Below, in pieces: positions 34,570 to 44,817 of a stretch of 64,000 nt of DNA. Source of the DNA: Fistulifera solaris (Eukaryota). The notes below the pieces were generated by a model that worked only from the letters and a program-made list of their open reading frames with translations, did not search any database and was not told the DNA's origin. The DNA lies in the NCBI GenBank assembly GCA_030295235.1, contig AP026131.1, positions 992,001-1,056,000 of the forward strand, read 5' to 3'. Every line of letters starts with the position of its first letter. Within the stretch, counting starts at the first letter, position 1. A program made the position numbers and the translations under genes.

Positions 34570-36918
34570 ATGGCGGAAGTGTGCGGCATTTGCCGCTGCG
34601 CCGGAAGCGATCTCAGCGTCGTGGGTTGCGGATGTACCTTGCATGTGCGGTGCCTGCCGTTGGCCATGTTGGCCGAATTCGAGCCCCTCCACGGTTTCGT
34701 CGCCACGAAAAGTCAACTCAATCTGTGTCCCTGTTGTCAAAACTCCTTCATTGATCAACTGAAACTTCTTCCTCTCGGATTGGATGATCTCGATAAGGCC
34801 GTCGAATTGCAAAAGAAAGCGGGAGATCCAAGCTTGGATGCACAAGATCAGCACTTTCAGGAAATTGAAGCCGAGGCGTCTTACGTTCACCTTTCCCGAG
34901 GCGGAGGGTCGGTCTCCGCGAGTTTGAATCAAAACAATCATCAACGAACGGGTCGATGGACGAACGAAGAGATTGCTTACACCGATTACTTGGTCGACGC
35001 ATTTGATCAAGGAAAGCTCCCGGTCGCGCAAGGTGTGCGCCTAAACGATTTCTTGGGCGATATGCTCATGTGTAAGGGGAGTCGCTTGACCAAGAAGATG
35101 AAGAATGCGAAACTGAGCTCTCGTTCTTACGAACTATCGCCGGCGATTGGAGACGAGAAATTTGTGGGCGTGGACACGCAACTGCTCTCCAAGTTGGAAG
35201 ATGATTTCTTGAAATCGATATCTTGCGAGGCTCGTCGTCTCGAATTGCGATTTCATACGACCAAAGCGTGGCGGACCCACTTTTCGAACTTTTGCTTGCA
35301 ATTGAGTAGTTCTCTGCTCGAAGCCGACGAATGGGTTACCAGTTTGGAGAGAATGGAGCAACGGGCTGCTCAAGCCGAGGAAGCGATTCGCAAAGCCCGC
35401 CGACTTCGCATGGGCATCGCATTGAAGACAGATGTACGCTCTGCTCAGCAGGGCGTGTTTTTCAACGGGATGGCTGCGCCGATTCGTGAGAAATCAGTCT
35501 CCATTACGAAACACATGAATACAACGCGTGCTTCCCTCACTCAGCAGCCTGATATGATCCAAAGCTCGCTTGCGCAAGATTCAACAAACTCAATCACTTC
35601 GTCGGATGATGGTGACGCTGATTTTATTTCTAACATCCTCGATTATCAGCCAAGCAAACAAGCGACAAACGCTGCGGACGATTTCGCTTCGCTCTTTGAT
35701 GAATTCGCGGGTCAACCCTGGAGTGAATCGTCATCGAAGGAAACGAAATCGAGTAGTACATGTGCGGTCACATTTGTCGAAGAACTGCTTTCGTTTATTG
35801 AGCAAGAGAATCTTCCTTTTGAGCATGTGGATCTTTGGGTTCCTTCGTTTGCTGAAGGTAACGGCCCTGGCAATGAGATGCGCCTCTATCACGGTGGACA
35901 GGGCACTCGTGGAGACCTGGACGCTTCGCTCTATTATCGGATGTGTGAATACGGAGAATATAGTACGAGATTCTCATTTGCTGTTGGTCATGGGCTCCCG
36001 GGGCGCGTTTACTCCACGGACATGCCGTCTTGGGAGCGCCATATTCATGAGCAAGACCCAAAGATTTTTGAGCGTGCCGGTGGAGCAAGGATGTATGGAG
36101 TTAAGACTGGCTTCGGGGTCCCAGTTTTGTCCAAGAGCATTGGTCGTATTGTCGTCGTATTTTACAGCGTCCATGACATACCGCAGGATTTGCAAATGAT
36201 GGAGCGCATTGTTGCCGCTCTCTCTAAATATAGTCCTACGCCCAAGTGGAAGCTCGTCGTTGAGATGGGCGATAGCAAGCCTGTACCCACTCAATCGTCG
36301 AATCGACTGCTGCATTACGAGCACAACGTAGCGAAGAAAAGCAAAGAAGTACCGCATTCCGTTTCCGTGGCTTCGATCGTGGATCAGCAGGAAAAACTCG
36401 CTCCAGCTTCAATCTGCATGGAAGAGACGCATGAAGAAGAGCAGCATATTGCGTCACTACTCGGTCAGCACATGCCTATGTCCCAGTTAGCTCCTGGTGA
36501 TGGCTCAAACGACATGACCATGCTTCCGTACTTCATGTCTCTCAGGTTGTTACTATTGCGGGCGCCCAACCGGCGCTCGATTCAAGAAATGGAGAAGGTG
36601 GATACTATAATTAAAAGTTACCGAGGGTATCTACAGGGAGAACGGAAGGAAAAGCAAATTGTTGACTTGCTAGTGCAAGATTGGCGATTTCTATCCCAAA
36701 CCGAAGAAGTGCCCAAAGCACGTTACTTGGAACCTTCTTATCAATCGCATGTGATGGACAATTCGTCGACGACAATGGTCACATCAGCAGGAATTCCTAC
36801 CCGACAACCACAAGCTCTTCCGTTTGTTTTACCTCCAAATCAAGATCAGAATGCATCGATCTTCGGGCAGGATTTTAAGAAGAGACGTGTGTCTTCCTCG
36901 GAAGAGAACAGTTTTTAA
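34570..36918 (+). CDS. Putative regulator: RING-like Cys/His N-terminus, RTGRWT helical domain and NLP-type GAF domain
   Basis: CGIC..CGC..H.RC..CPCC, RTGRWTNEE..LNDFL..MLMCKGSRLTKKMK, and VDLWVP..FSFAVGHGLPGRVY..FERAGGA. Confidence 0.7.
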   Translation: MAEVCGICRCAGSDLSVVGCGCTLHVRCLPLAMLAEFEPLHGFVATKSQLNLCPCCQNSFIDQLKLLPLGLDDLDKAVELQKKAGDPSLDAQDQHFQEIEAEASYVHLSRGGGSVSASLNQNNHQRTGRWTNEEIAYTDYLVDAFDQGKLPVAQGVRLNDFLGDMLMCKGSRLTKKMKNAKLSSRSYELSPAIGDEKFVGVDTQLLSKLEDDFLKSISCEARRLELRFHTTKAWRTHFSNFCLQLSSSLLEADEWVTSLERMEQRAAQAEEAIRKARRLRMGIALKTDVRSAQQGVFFNGMAAPIREKSVSITKHMNTTRASLTQQPDMIQSSLAQDSTNSITSSDDGDADFISNILDYQPSKQATNAADDFASLFDEFAGQPWSESSSKETKSSSTCAVTFVEELLSFIEQENLPFEHVDLWVPSFAEGNGPGNEMRLYHGGQGTRGDLDASLYYRMCEYGEYSTRFSFAVGHGLPGRVYSTDMPSWERHIHEQDPKIFERAGGARMYGVKTGFGVPVLSKSIGRIVVVFYSVHDIPQDLQMMERIVAALSKYSPTPKWKLVVEMGDSKPVPTQSSNRLLHYEHNVAKKSKEVPHSVSVASIVDQQEKLAPASICMEETHEEEQHIASLLGQHMPMSQLAPGDGSNDMTMLPYFMSLRLLLLRAPNRRSIQEMEKVDTIIKSYRGYLQGERKEKQIVDLLVQDWRFLSQTEEVPKARYLEPSYQSHVMDNSSTTMVTSAGIPTRQPQALPFVLPPNQDQNASIFGQDFKKRRVSSSEENSF

Positions 36919-37126
36919 AAAAAGATGCTGACAAACCTCTTCCGGTCTGCAGTATTCGTCGAATCTCCATACATTTTCATTTTTCACCCTTTTCCTCATT
37001 TCACTCAAGAAGCACAAAGTTTTGGCTCGATTTTTATCTCGTCGTCCATGCACGATCTGGTGCCACCATTTTTATTACATTTTAAAAAATTTTAGTTCAT
37101 TTTTTTCATTCATGTCTTCTATGCGA

Positions 37127-39502
37127 CTATTGGTTCTTGTGCTTAGGTTGCTGAGAATATTCGGGTGCAGCAAGGAGCTTTGCCAGAGAGCTCCTCCGCA
37201 AAAAGTTTCCTAGCGCTAACTTCGTCGCCACTAGGCCTAGCCAAAACGCAAGCACAACAAATGTGGCCCAGATGGGCATTTCCTCCAGGTCTTCAACATA
37301 ATATTTGGAGGCGTCCCTTACGAGGCGAAACAAGACCGATACTAAAGGGATCTGTGCAAAACCAATTCGCTTTACAACCGCATGGGAATGATCCAAGTTT
37401 ACATGTTCATGTCCTATTCCGGTCACATCCCCGGCAAGCAGCAGAGCGTATTCCGGGTATACACGGGAAGGCAGGAAATTAAACTTGGTGATGAACGCAT
37501 GCTTGATCCAGTCTGATAATACTTCCGACCCGACCACAATACCCCACAGCCTTACGTAACCCATAAACTGACCCGGTTCCATTCCTTGGCAAGCATTCAG
37601 CAGAAAGACAAGACTGAGGAAAAGAGCCAGCTTGAATCGTTCGCATATATCAGATGCAGTAATTTTGAAGAGAGCTGCCTTGTTGTATTTTTTGAACACG
37701 GTACTTTTGATCTCGGCGAAATTGCCAGATATGAGCAATGTTAGCAACACATGATCCGTAGAATTCATGGCGACGTGCAAAGTCACAACATGGAGGAAAA
37801 GAAGGAGAGAATGCACGGAAGCATAGAGCCAAACCACCATCACCGAGATGACCATGCGGCTTGACCGTGGTCGATTGACAGTATTCCAGTACATGCTTTC
37901 CAAACAATCCTGTCCAAGGCTGCTAAAAAGTCGGTCAAAGACCTCCACCATTGCAATTAACACGTAGATTTTAAGCATGGCTTGTCCACGGATCCAATGA
38001 TAAAGTTTTCCGATCGTATTCTCAAGCAGAACGTAGCGGTATATCGTGTACAAGATTGTGATTTGAATGACTGGATAGAGATGGTGTCGGTGCAGACTAT
38101 ATTTGTCACCCATCGGTCGGGTATTCCGACGAAGCATGTCAAAACCATTGAGAAGCAGCAATAGGACGCTCCACGCGAAGCGAATAGGTAAAATGGTTAT
38201 CATGTATAAAAACGAATCCAAACAGATGCAAAATCCAAAGCTCATAACTTGTTCGACGCCTCCAGGGACTTTGATAAATTCTTCCATTTGTACATCGACG
38301 TCTGCAGTGGACTCTTGATAGCTGTTCAAATGATCCAGCCACTTTGTTCGAACGGATTCGTCCGGGGCACGCAAAGGGGGCAAGCGTGGATACGACAATC
38401 GTCTGGGTGTTTTGTGTTGATTTAACTCGTTGACGTCGTCGGCCGTTTGTTGTTGTCTTTGAAACTGTAATATGGAAGGTCCTAGCCATAGTCGCTCCGA
38501 CAAGGTCAGGGAATTCGAACTTTCAACATTTGAGTTTCGTTTGTTGTATTCTTCCTCGTCGCTGCTGTAGAGGAGACGAAACGAAAGGTTTCGACGATTG
38601 TGGGTTTTTGGTCGAAGAATTTCTGAAACATTCGTGCTTCCGATGTGACTCGACGTTAATTCTTTAACTTCGTCGCCCTGATCATTATTGAAACTCTCCG
38701 ATGAAGTCGTCTTCTGCCGATTGTCAACAGAGACGGTTTCGTCCATGGAAATTCCTCTCGTTCTAGCAATCTTCTCGGAGCCAGGGGGTTGTAGTAAACG
38801 CTCCAAACTTAATATTGTCTTGTTCGATTCGTCGTCTTCCTTGTTTTGAGGTGCGAGATGTTTTGACTCGTCCTCTGCCGTATTGGCTACCTCGGTTGTA
38901 TCTTCATCACTGCTGTATAGAGTTTTTGCTTCCAGAAACGTCGGAGTTTTAGATTTATGAGTTGCCGAAGGACTTTCTAGATACGGTGTCGAATCCGATC
39001 GTGGTCGTCGTTGGCGATTTGACACGGGCGTTGTCACGCGATTCGGAACTTCGGCGTCGACTTTGGGTGAAGTTTTCTGGGACCGCGGAGAGTCCAACGA
39101 CGCGAGCTGCTGTGACGAATGCTTCGGCTGCAGATTGTGGGCTTGCAGCAAGCGACTCAAAACGGCTAATTTTGTTTCCAGCTCTCGCACGCGTTCTTCC
39201 AACGATTGTGCAGTATCCGACGGTCCGGCAGGACTCTTTTCGCCCGGGAACCCTTGGTCCTCCAGTTGTCTTGCCAGCGTGGTATCAGCATCGGTCGCGG
39301 TACTAGACGTTAAGCTAGTCAAGCAGCCGTTATGTATTTTGCTGACCGGGGAAATGAACTCTTCCGAGGGTCGCACAAATGCTTCGTGGAGAGCAGAAGA
39401 AGACGTTGCATCTCTTAGTGACGAAGAAACTCCCTCCATTTCGTTTGTCGGCTCTCCACTAAGACTATTGTCCTTTTCGTTCACCGGCGTGATTGATTCC
39501 AT
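37127..39502 (-). CDS. TAPT1: TAPT1/Emp65 (DUF747) ER membrane protein
   Basis: FGFCICLDSFLY.ITILPIR, YHWIRGQAMLKIYV, NFAEIKSTVFKK, SDICERF and DWIKHAFITKFN. Confidence 0.9.
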   Translation of the reverse strand: MESITPVNEKDNSLSGEPTNEMEGVSSSLRDATSSSALHEAFVRPSEEFISPVSKIHNGCLTSLTSSTATDADTTLARQLEDQGFPGEKSPAGPSDTAQSLEERVRELETKLAVLSRLLQAHNLQPKHSSQQLASLDSPRSQKTSPKVDAEVPNRVTTPVSNRQRRPRSDSTPYLESPSATHKSKTPTFLEAKTLYSSDEDTTEVANTAEDESKHLAPQNKEDDESNKTILSLERLLQPPGSEKIARTRGISMDETVSVDNRQKTTSSESFNNDQGDEVKELTSSHIGSTNVSEILRPKTHNRRNLSFRLLYSSDEEEYNKRNSNVESSNSLTLSERLWLGPSILQFQRQQQTADDVNELNQHKTPRRLSYPRLPPLRAPDESVRTKWLDHLNSYQESTADVDVQMEEFIKVPGGVEQVMSFGFCICLDSFLYMITILPIRFAWSVLLLLLNGFDMLRRNTRPMGDKYSLHRHHLYPVIQITILYTIYRYVLLENTIGKLYHWIRGQAMLKIYVLIAMVEVFDRLFSSLGQDCLESMYWNTVNRPRSSRMVISVMVVWLYASVHSLLLFLHVVTLHVAMNSTDHVLLTLLISGNFAEIKSTVFKKYNKAALFKITASDICERFKLALFLSLVFLLNACQGMEPGQFMGYVRLWGIVVGSEVLSDWIKHAFITKFNFLPSRVYPEYALLLAGDVTGIGHEHVNLDHSHAVVKRIGFAQIPLVSVLFRLVRDASKYYVEDLEEMPIWATFVVLAFWLGLVATKLALGNFLRRSSLAKLLAAPEYSQQPKHKNQ

Positions 39503-39862
39503 CTCGTTCTTAGTCTCTCACCTACTACTTATACTAGAAAGTGTTTCTATGCGGAGGTTTTGATGGACTTCAATGGTTGTGATGGGTTTGATGGCTGGAA
39601 TAAAAACACAAAAACTGCGTTTATAAAAAGTGTTGCAATCTTAGCGTTACTGTTTTTCCTCGCCATTGTGTAGCACCGGTACTTGTAGTACTTTGTATTT
39701 TTTTTTTCGCCAACAAACGAAAACAGACTACTCCGTAAATATTTAATTCCTAATTTTCCTAAAATGCGGATGCATTTTTGACACTCAAGTGAATTTTCCA
39801 CTGGTTTTCTCTTTTGTCACATTTCTTTCAGAAACTTCGATTTCTGAATCACTGTACCACAG

Positions 39863-40115
39863 TTAGTAGTAAAGCGACAAACCTGCTCCGGTTTCCCAGT
39901 GCGGAGGATTGCGCTGTGGCGCGCCATCTCTCGGATTTCGCAATAGCATGCTCACCGATCGAACCAACGAGAGACTCAGACGAGATCGGATGAAGCCACA
40001 AATTTCAGAGTACGGTCTCTTCCATTTCTTTTGCAGCTTTCTTGCAAGTTGGCGTGAGGCAGCCACGGCTTGTTTACCCATAAGCCCGTCGACAGAAAAA
40101 ACAAGAGGCGTAACC
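39863..40115 (-). mobile_element. 5'-truncated remnant of a non-LTR retrotransposon (C-terminus of the restriction-like endonuclease, CRE-like)
   Basis: TPLVFSVDGLMGKQA..RQLARKLQKKWKRPYSEICGFIRSRLSLSLVRS matches the C-terminal pattern of RLE-type retroelement ORFs. Recognised by motif memory only. Confidence 0.65.
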
Positions 40116-40330
40116 TTACGGAGTATCAAAGTGTTGCCCGTTTTCAACACGACTGGATTCAGTCATGAGACGAAAGTCTGCCCGAATTGCTCGTATTGTT
40201 TTAGGCTTCGGAAAGAAGCGCCAAATGTTGACATCTCTACTTGACTATTGGCTAGTATCAATGCACCGCCGAATCATCATTGATATGTCGAATGGCCCTT
40301 TAGCCGTTCAATTAGACTTATCACGGAAAA
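40116..40330 (-). repeat. Diverged family-A unit, reverse orientation
   Basis: CAAAGTGTTG..CACGACTGGATTCAGTCATGA at 40127-40168, a conserved GTCGAA at about 40287 and a degenerate second box near 40320. Confidence 0.65.
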
Positions 40331-40484
40331 CTAGTACGCTTTAGTGTTTCGCTCGTCAGTCTCCCTGCATTGTCTAATACTCTTTAAATGTGGGTCTAGA
40401 GCAAAACGAAAGTTATGGACTGAACTTAAAGGATTGAGAATTCTTAACAAGAACCAAGAGCTACGGCTGAAATGGAGTAATGGC

Positions 40485-41538
40485 TTACTCGGCCGAATCA
40501 ATAATCTGCAGCAAGAGTCTGCTGTAATCTCCGCCAACTTCCGATCGGATACGATCTCTCAAGTTCTTTGAGAACAGCTCCTCATGGGCCACCATTACTT
40601 CTTTCAAAACGCCCTGGTTACGAATGATGGTAGCGGACAAGAGTAGTTCGTTCGTTCCCATGCCACGGCAAGCCTTATCGATGAGTTTGGCCGCAGCTTC
40701 GTACGGTTTGAGTTTCATGTCCACCATGTACATGGCAGCCCGCTGAACATGGCCACCCAACTCTTTCTCCAACACTTTGGGCAAGGTGTAACCGTGTTTC
40801 TCGGCGTACGCCAAGTTGAGTGCCTTCAAATACTGAGGAGGAGCGGCGCACAGGATTTTGAAAATGCCTTTTTCGTTGGTGCCCCACTTCCCCGTGCCGA
40901 AACTATACAATTGTTCGACATCCGCCTTGATTTTGGCATCATTGTGGTAATCGGGGTCGTACTTTTCTTCTGCGGCTTGAAAGACATTGAAGATGAGAGA
41001 TTCCAAGTTGCCACCCAATTCCGAGTCCAATCTTCGACCCAAATCTTCCGTTTTCCACGCAAAGTACTTCTTCTTGAGCAGCTCAATTTCCGTATTGGTA
41101 CGTCCACAAATGATGGAAAAGAGCAAATCTTCATCCGTCCCCGCGCCTTTGCAAGCCTTGTCGATGAGTAGACATTCCGTTTGCACGGGGTCGACGGCCA
41201 ACAATTGCAGCGCGAAGCCGAAATTGCGATTGCCGCATTCGGACTCCATCACTTTGACCAGTTCTTTTCCGAACAACTCTTTGTAGCGAAGAGCCACTTT
41301 GTAGCGAGTTTCGGGAGACATGCTGCCCATGGCTTTCAACAATCGACTGTGAATAAAAAAGTGACTGAGAAACCAAAGAGTGAAAAGCGATAGTATTGCT
41401 TCGTACTTACTCTTCATCGGTACCGAATCCTTTGCAAGCAGCATGGATTTCTTGGCAGACTTGATCGACCTCGTTTCCGAAGGAATCCGGCGAAAGATCG
41501 CCTTCATGAATGATGGGAGGGTACAAGTCGATGCTCAT
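40485..41538 (-). CDS. Annexin (intron 41347-41410)
   Basis: Four annexin repeats: ACKGFGTDE (exon 1), ACKGAGTDE, GKWGTNE and ACRGMGTNE, with ELGG/EVGGDY motifs. Confidence 0.92.
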
Positions 41539-41816
41539 GATGGAACTGCGGTACGGCACGCTTGTTGTCAAGCAGAGTTTTCTGGAATCAGGATTATGAA
41601 TTCAGCTTCTTGTTATGAGAAACAAAAGGATGACGCGAACAAGATGCGCTAATGTTGACGGCAAGAGCCAGAGTGACTCGTGCAAAGACATTTTGCGTCG
41701 GCGTTTCGTTGCAGCGATGACTTTGCGAGGTCTTCAAGATATTCTCCCACATTCGTCTACTCAAAAATCATATTGACTGTCGCAAAGGTTTCGTACATAA
41801 TCGCAATCACCGACCT

Positions 41817-42795
41817 TCCAGAATTTCTGTAGCAAAGGATTGCACACTGTCTCCAGAATTTCTGGAATTAACACCGTCCATAATTAACACCAGAATCTCT
41901 GTATGATCGCAATCACCGATTCCAGACTTTCTGGAACAGCCAAAGAATTTCTGTATGATCGCGATCACCGATTCCAGAATTTCTGGAACAGGCACAGAAT
42001 TTCTTTATGATCGCAGTCGCCTACCGAAATGGAGTGAAAGGTCCAAAAATTCTGGATACGGTCTGTTGGATCATAACGAAAGAAAGTGTATTTTTCAGAA
42101 ATTCAGGAAACTGTGTTTTAATAGTCTATCATAACGAAAAAGTGCGAATTCCAGAAACTCTGGAAAATGTGTTATGCATCATAAACTTACAGAAATTCTG
42201 TGGTAGTCCAGAAATTCTGGACCAGTTTTTTCGATCCTACCGAAATGCTGAGCAAGTTCCAAAATTTCATAAAACACTGTTATGGAGCATAACGAAAGAA
42301 AGTGCGTGTTCCACATTTTCTTGAAACTGTGTTTTGCATCTTAACGAAGCAAAATGCAAATTCTAAAAATTCTGGAAGAGTGTTAAGCATCACACAGAAA
42401 TCCTGTGGTGGTCCAGAAATTCTTGACCAGTTTTTCGATTCTACCGAAATGCTGTGCATGTTCCAGAAATTCTGGAGATGATGTTACAATCAAAAGAAAA
42501 GAATGTGCGCGTTCCAGAAATTCAGGAAACAATGTTCTGGATCTTAACGAAGGAAAATGCAAATTCCAGAAATTCTGGAAAGTGTGCTTTGCATCATTTG
42601 CATCCTACCAAAATGCTTAGCAAGTTGTTCCAGAATTTCATGAAACCGTGTTACTGTATGGAGAATAACGAAGGAAAGTAATTTCCTCTTGCCACCGAAA
42701 TGCGTGCATGAGCCGCTACTTTGCCGCTCCTTGGTAAACTACAGAATTTCTGTATGTTTGCAAACCTTGAGCAACATTTTTCCAGAAAATCTGGA
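41817..42795. repeat. Palindrome-rich repeat cluster (family C), copy 2
   Basis: Same cores as 8.76-9.98 kb. The 39-bp landmark CCTACCGAAATGGAGTGAAAGGTCCAAAAATTCTGGATA is identical at 8857 and 42020. Confidence 0.9.
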
Positions 42796-42978
42796 GCGGC
42801 TCTTGGTATCTTGCGACATGACGACGCGACTTCCTCAAAAACGCATGATGTATGAATAAGCGCATGAATGTTCATGTGCTTGCTTTTCTGCTACTCCACA
42901 ATAGAATTCAAAATATTACTGCGTTCAACCCCTTACTTGAGTGGCAACTATCATTTACTTTGTCAATACTTTTGATTC

Positions 42979-44464
42979 ATGACGAATGTGACCCACGATG
43001 ACGACGAATTCGTGGCCGCCTTTCAAGGTCTGGCGAAGCATCTGTTTCCGGATGGATGTCCGTATCAGAGTCTTGAATCCATATGGCCGCACTACGATCG
43101 AACGGCAGCCAAATGGACGGATGCCATCAATTCGTACGAGCAAGTCATCCAGTACAGTCTCCGGAATGGCTTGTCGTCACTACAAATACACGCGATGGTC
43201 GTATCCGTCCGGGCGATGCTGCCGCCATCCAAATACAAAGGGCCGTTTGCGACTCCATCCTACTTTGAAAAGACAGTACAAGCCATAATACCCCGCGAAC
43301 CAATACCATCATCGGCTTTGGATGAATTGATTTCCGGAGTCACGGCGAGCGAGAAAGGACGATCGTCGGTGTTGCAGTTTCTTTATTTGGCTGCTACTTA
43401 TGGATGTGTGGAGTTGAATTTACTGGAACAACGATATTATTCCTTTTTCCTGCACTGGGCACTGCAGGCGGAGACCTGTAACGACGCGGTGCGCTTGTTG
43501 CTGCTCTTGTCGCCCCGACCCCGCTACACTCGGAGACTCCTTTCGCGGAAAGAAACAACGGGATCTCTCTCGTTGCTAATCGAGTTGTATACGGGCGTCT
43601 CTACCCAGAATCGTCTCCCCCTTTTTGAATGGCGAATGGGAACAATTGTTTCAAAGATTTCACAAGCCAGCTCCTTTGGTGGCTCTGCAGTGGTCCGACC
43701 TGGATCATTCTTGGAAGGCTTTCCAGCTCTCTCAAATTGCCGGAATGAAGTCATCGCACAGTCGATCCGCTATATTGGAGCGCTGGTGGGATGCAGGGAC
43801 ACAGAGAGATTTATTGAAGAAGTTGGCGTGTGTGCCCACGGACCTGTTGGTACTACAACGCGTACTCCCACTGTGGGATGGTCGAGACGCCGATTGGTTC
43901 CTACACGCACTGCCATTGGAGCGCCGCGTCCTGCCCTATTTGGAGCGACACTTTTTGTTTGGCTCGTCGGCCGTAAAAATGGCGATCGGAGACTATTGGA
44001 TACGATTGATGCAAAATGGCGGCGATGATTCGGAAATTGTTGCAATGGTGCAGGATTTGCTGCTTCGGGCGTTACTGTTGAACTTGAGCTCGGTGGTCGC
44101 CTTCATCGCCTACGACTTTTTTGACAAGAGCATGTTTCCTCCGGACCCTACACTGCTGTACCTGTTGGGTGTATCGGCCGTGAGCTGGGAACGGTTCTGT
44201 CAACTCATTGTGCGGTACAGGAAGGAAGGGCGGATGGACGTTTCAGTCTTGGACAAGTTAGTTGATCACATGCGACGAATGCTTTCTGGAGGACCCAATC
44301 TAGAAGATATGTGTCATCGAGAATCGGTCAAGGGACGATTAGCGTCTCTGGCTAGCCGTATTAGCGGCTCTGATGATGATTCTCACACGTGTTTACCCGA
44401 ACTAGTGGAAGCTATTCAAACGGATTGGCCGGACGCCAATCAATTTTTGACTAAAAGATCATAA
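42979..44464 (+). CDS. Helical protein resembling centromere protein CENP-I/Mis6 (frameshift near 43625)
   Basis: YYSFFLHW..TCNDAVRLLLLL..RYTRRLL..LSLLIELY and VLPLWDG resemble the Mis6/CENP-I conserved blocks. The family call is tentative. Confidence 0.5.
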
Positions 44465-44817
44465 TTGCTCGTATTAAATCATATTGTCGAATAATAGATT
44501 GTAAGGAACGGTAAAAACTTTCACGCACAAGCACCTAGGTCCTTTCACGGGTCTGCGGTGTGAACAATTACATTGTGTGATGACGACTACAACGTGACTA
44601 ACCCATGACCCATCATTAGCTATAAATAACTGTTGTCCTATAGTGACTCAGTACAAACATCGCTATACAATGATCAGCGTGACCGCAACGACAAGAAAAA
44701 TAAGCCACGAAAGAGAATGACCGTTTGCAAAAGCACGCAAGGGCATTGCATCGATCATACATCGCCGCGACCATCCTTGTCTTATTCTGTTATTTGTTTA
44801 TTTATCCAGGATTTATC

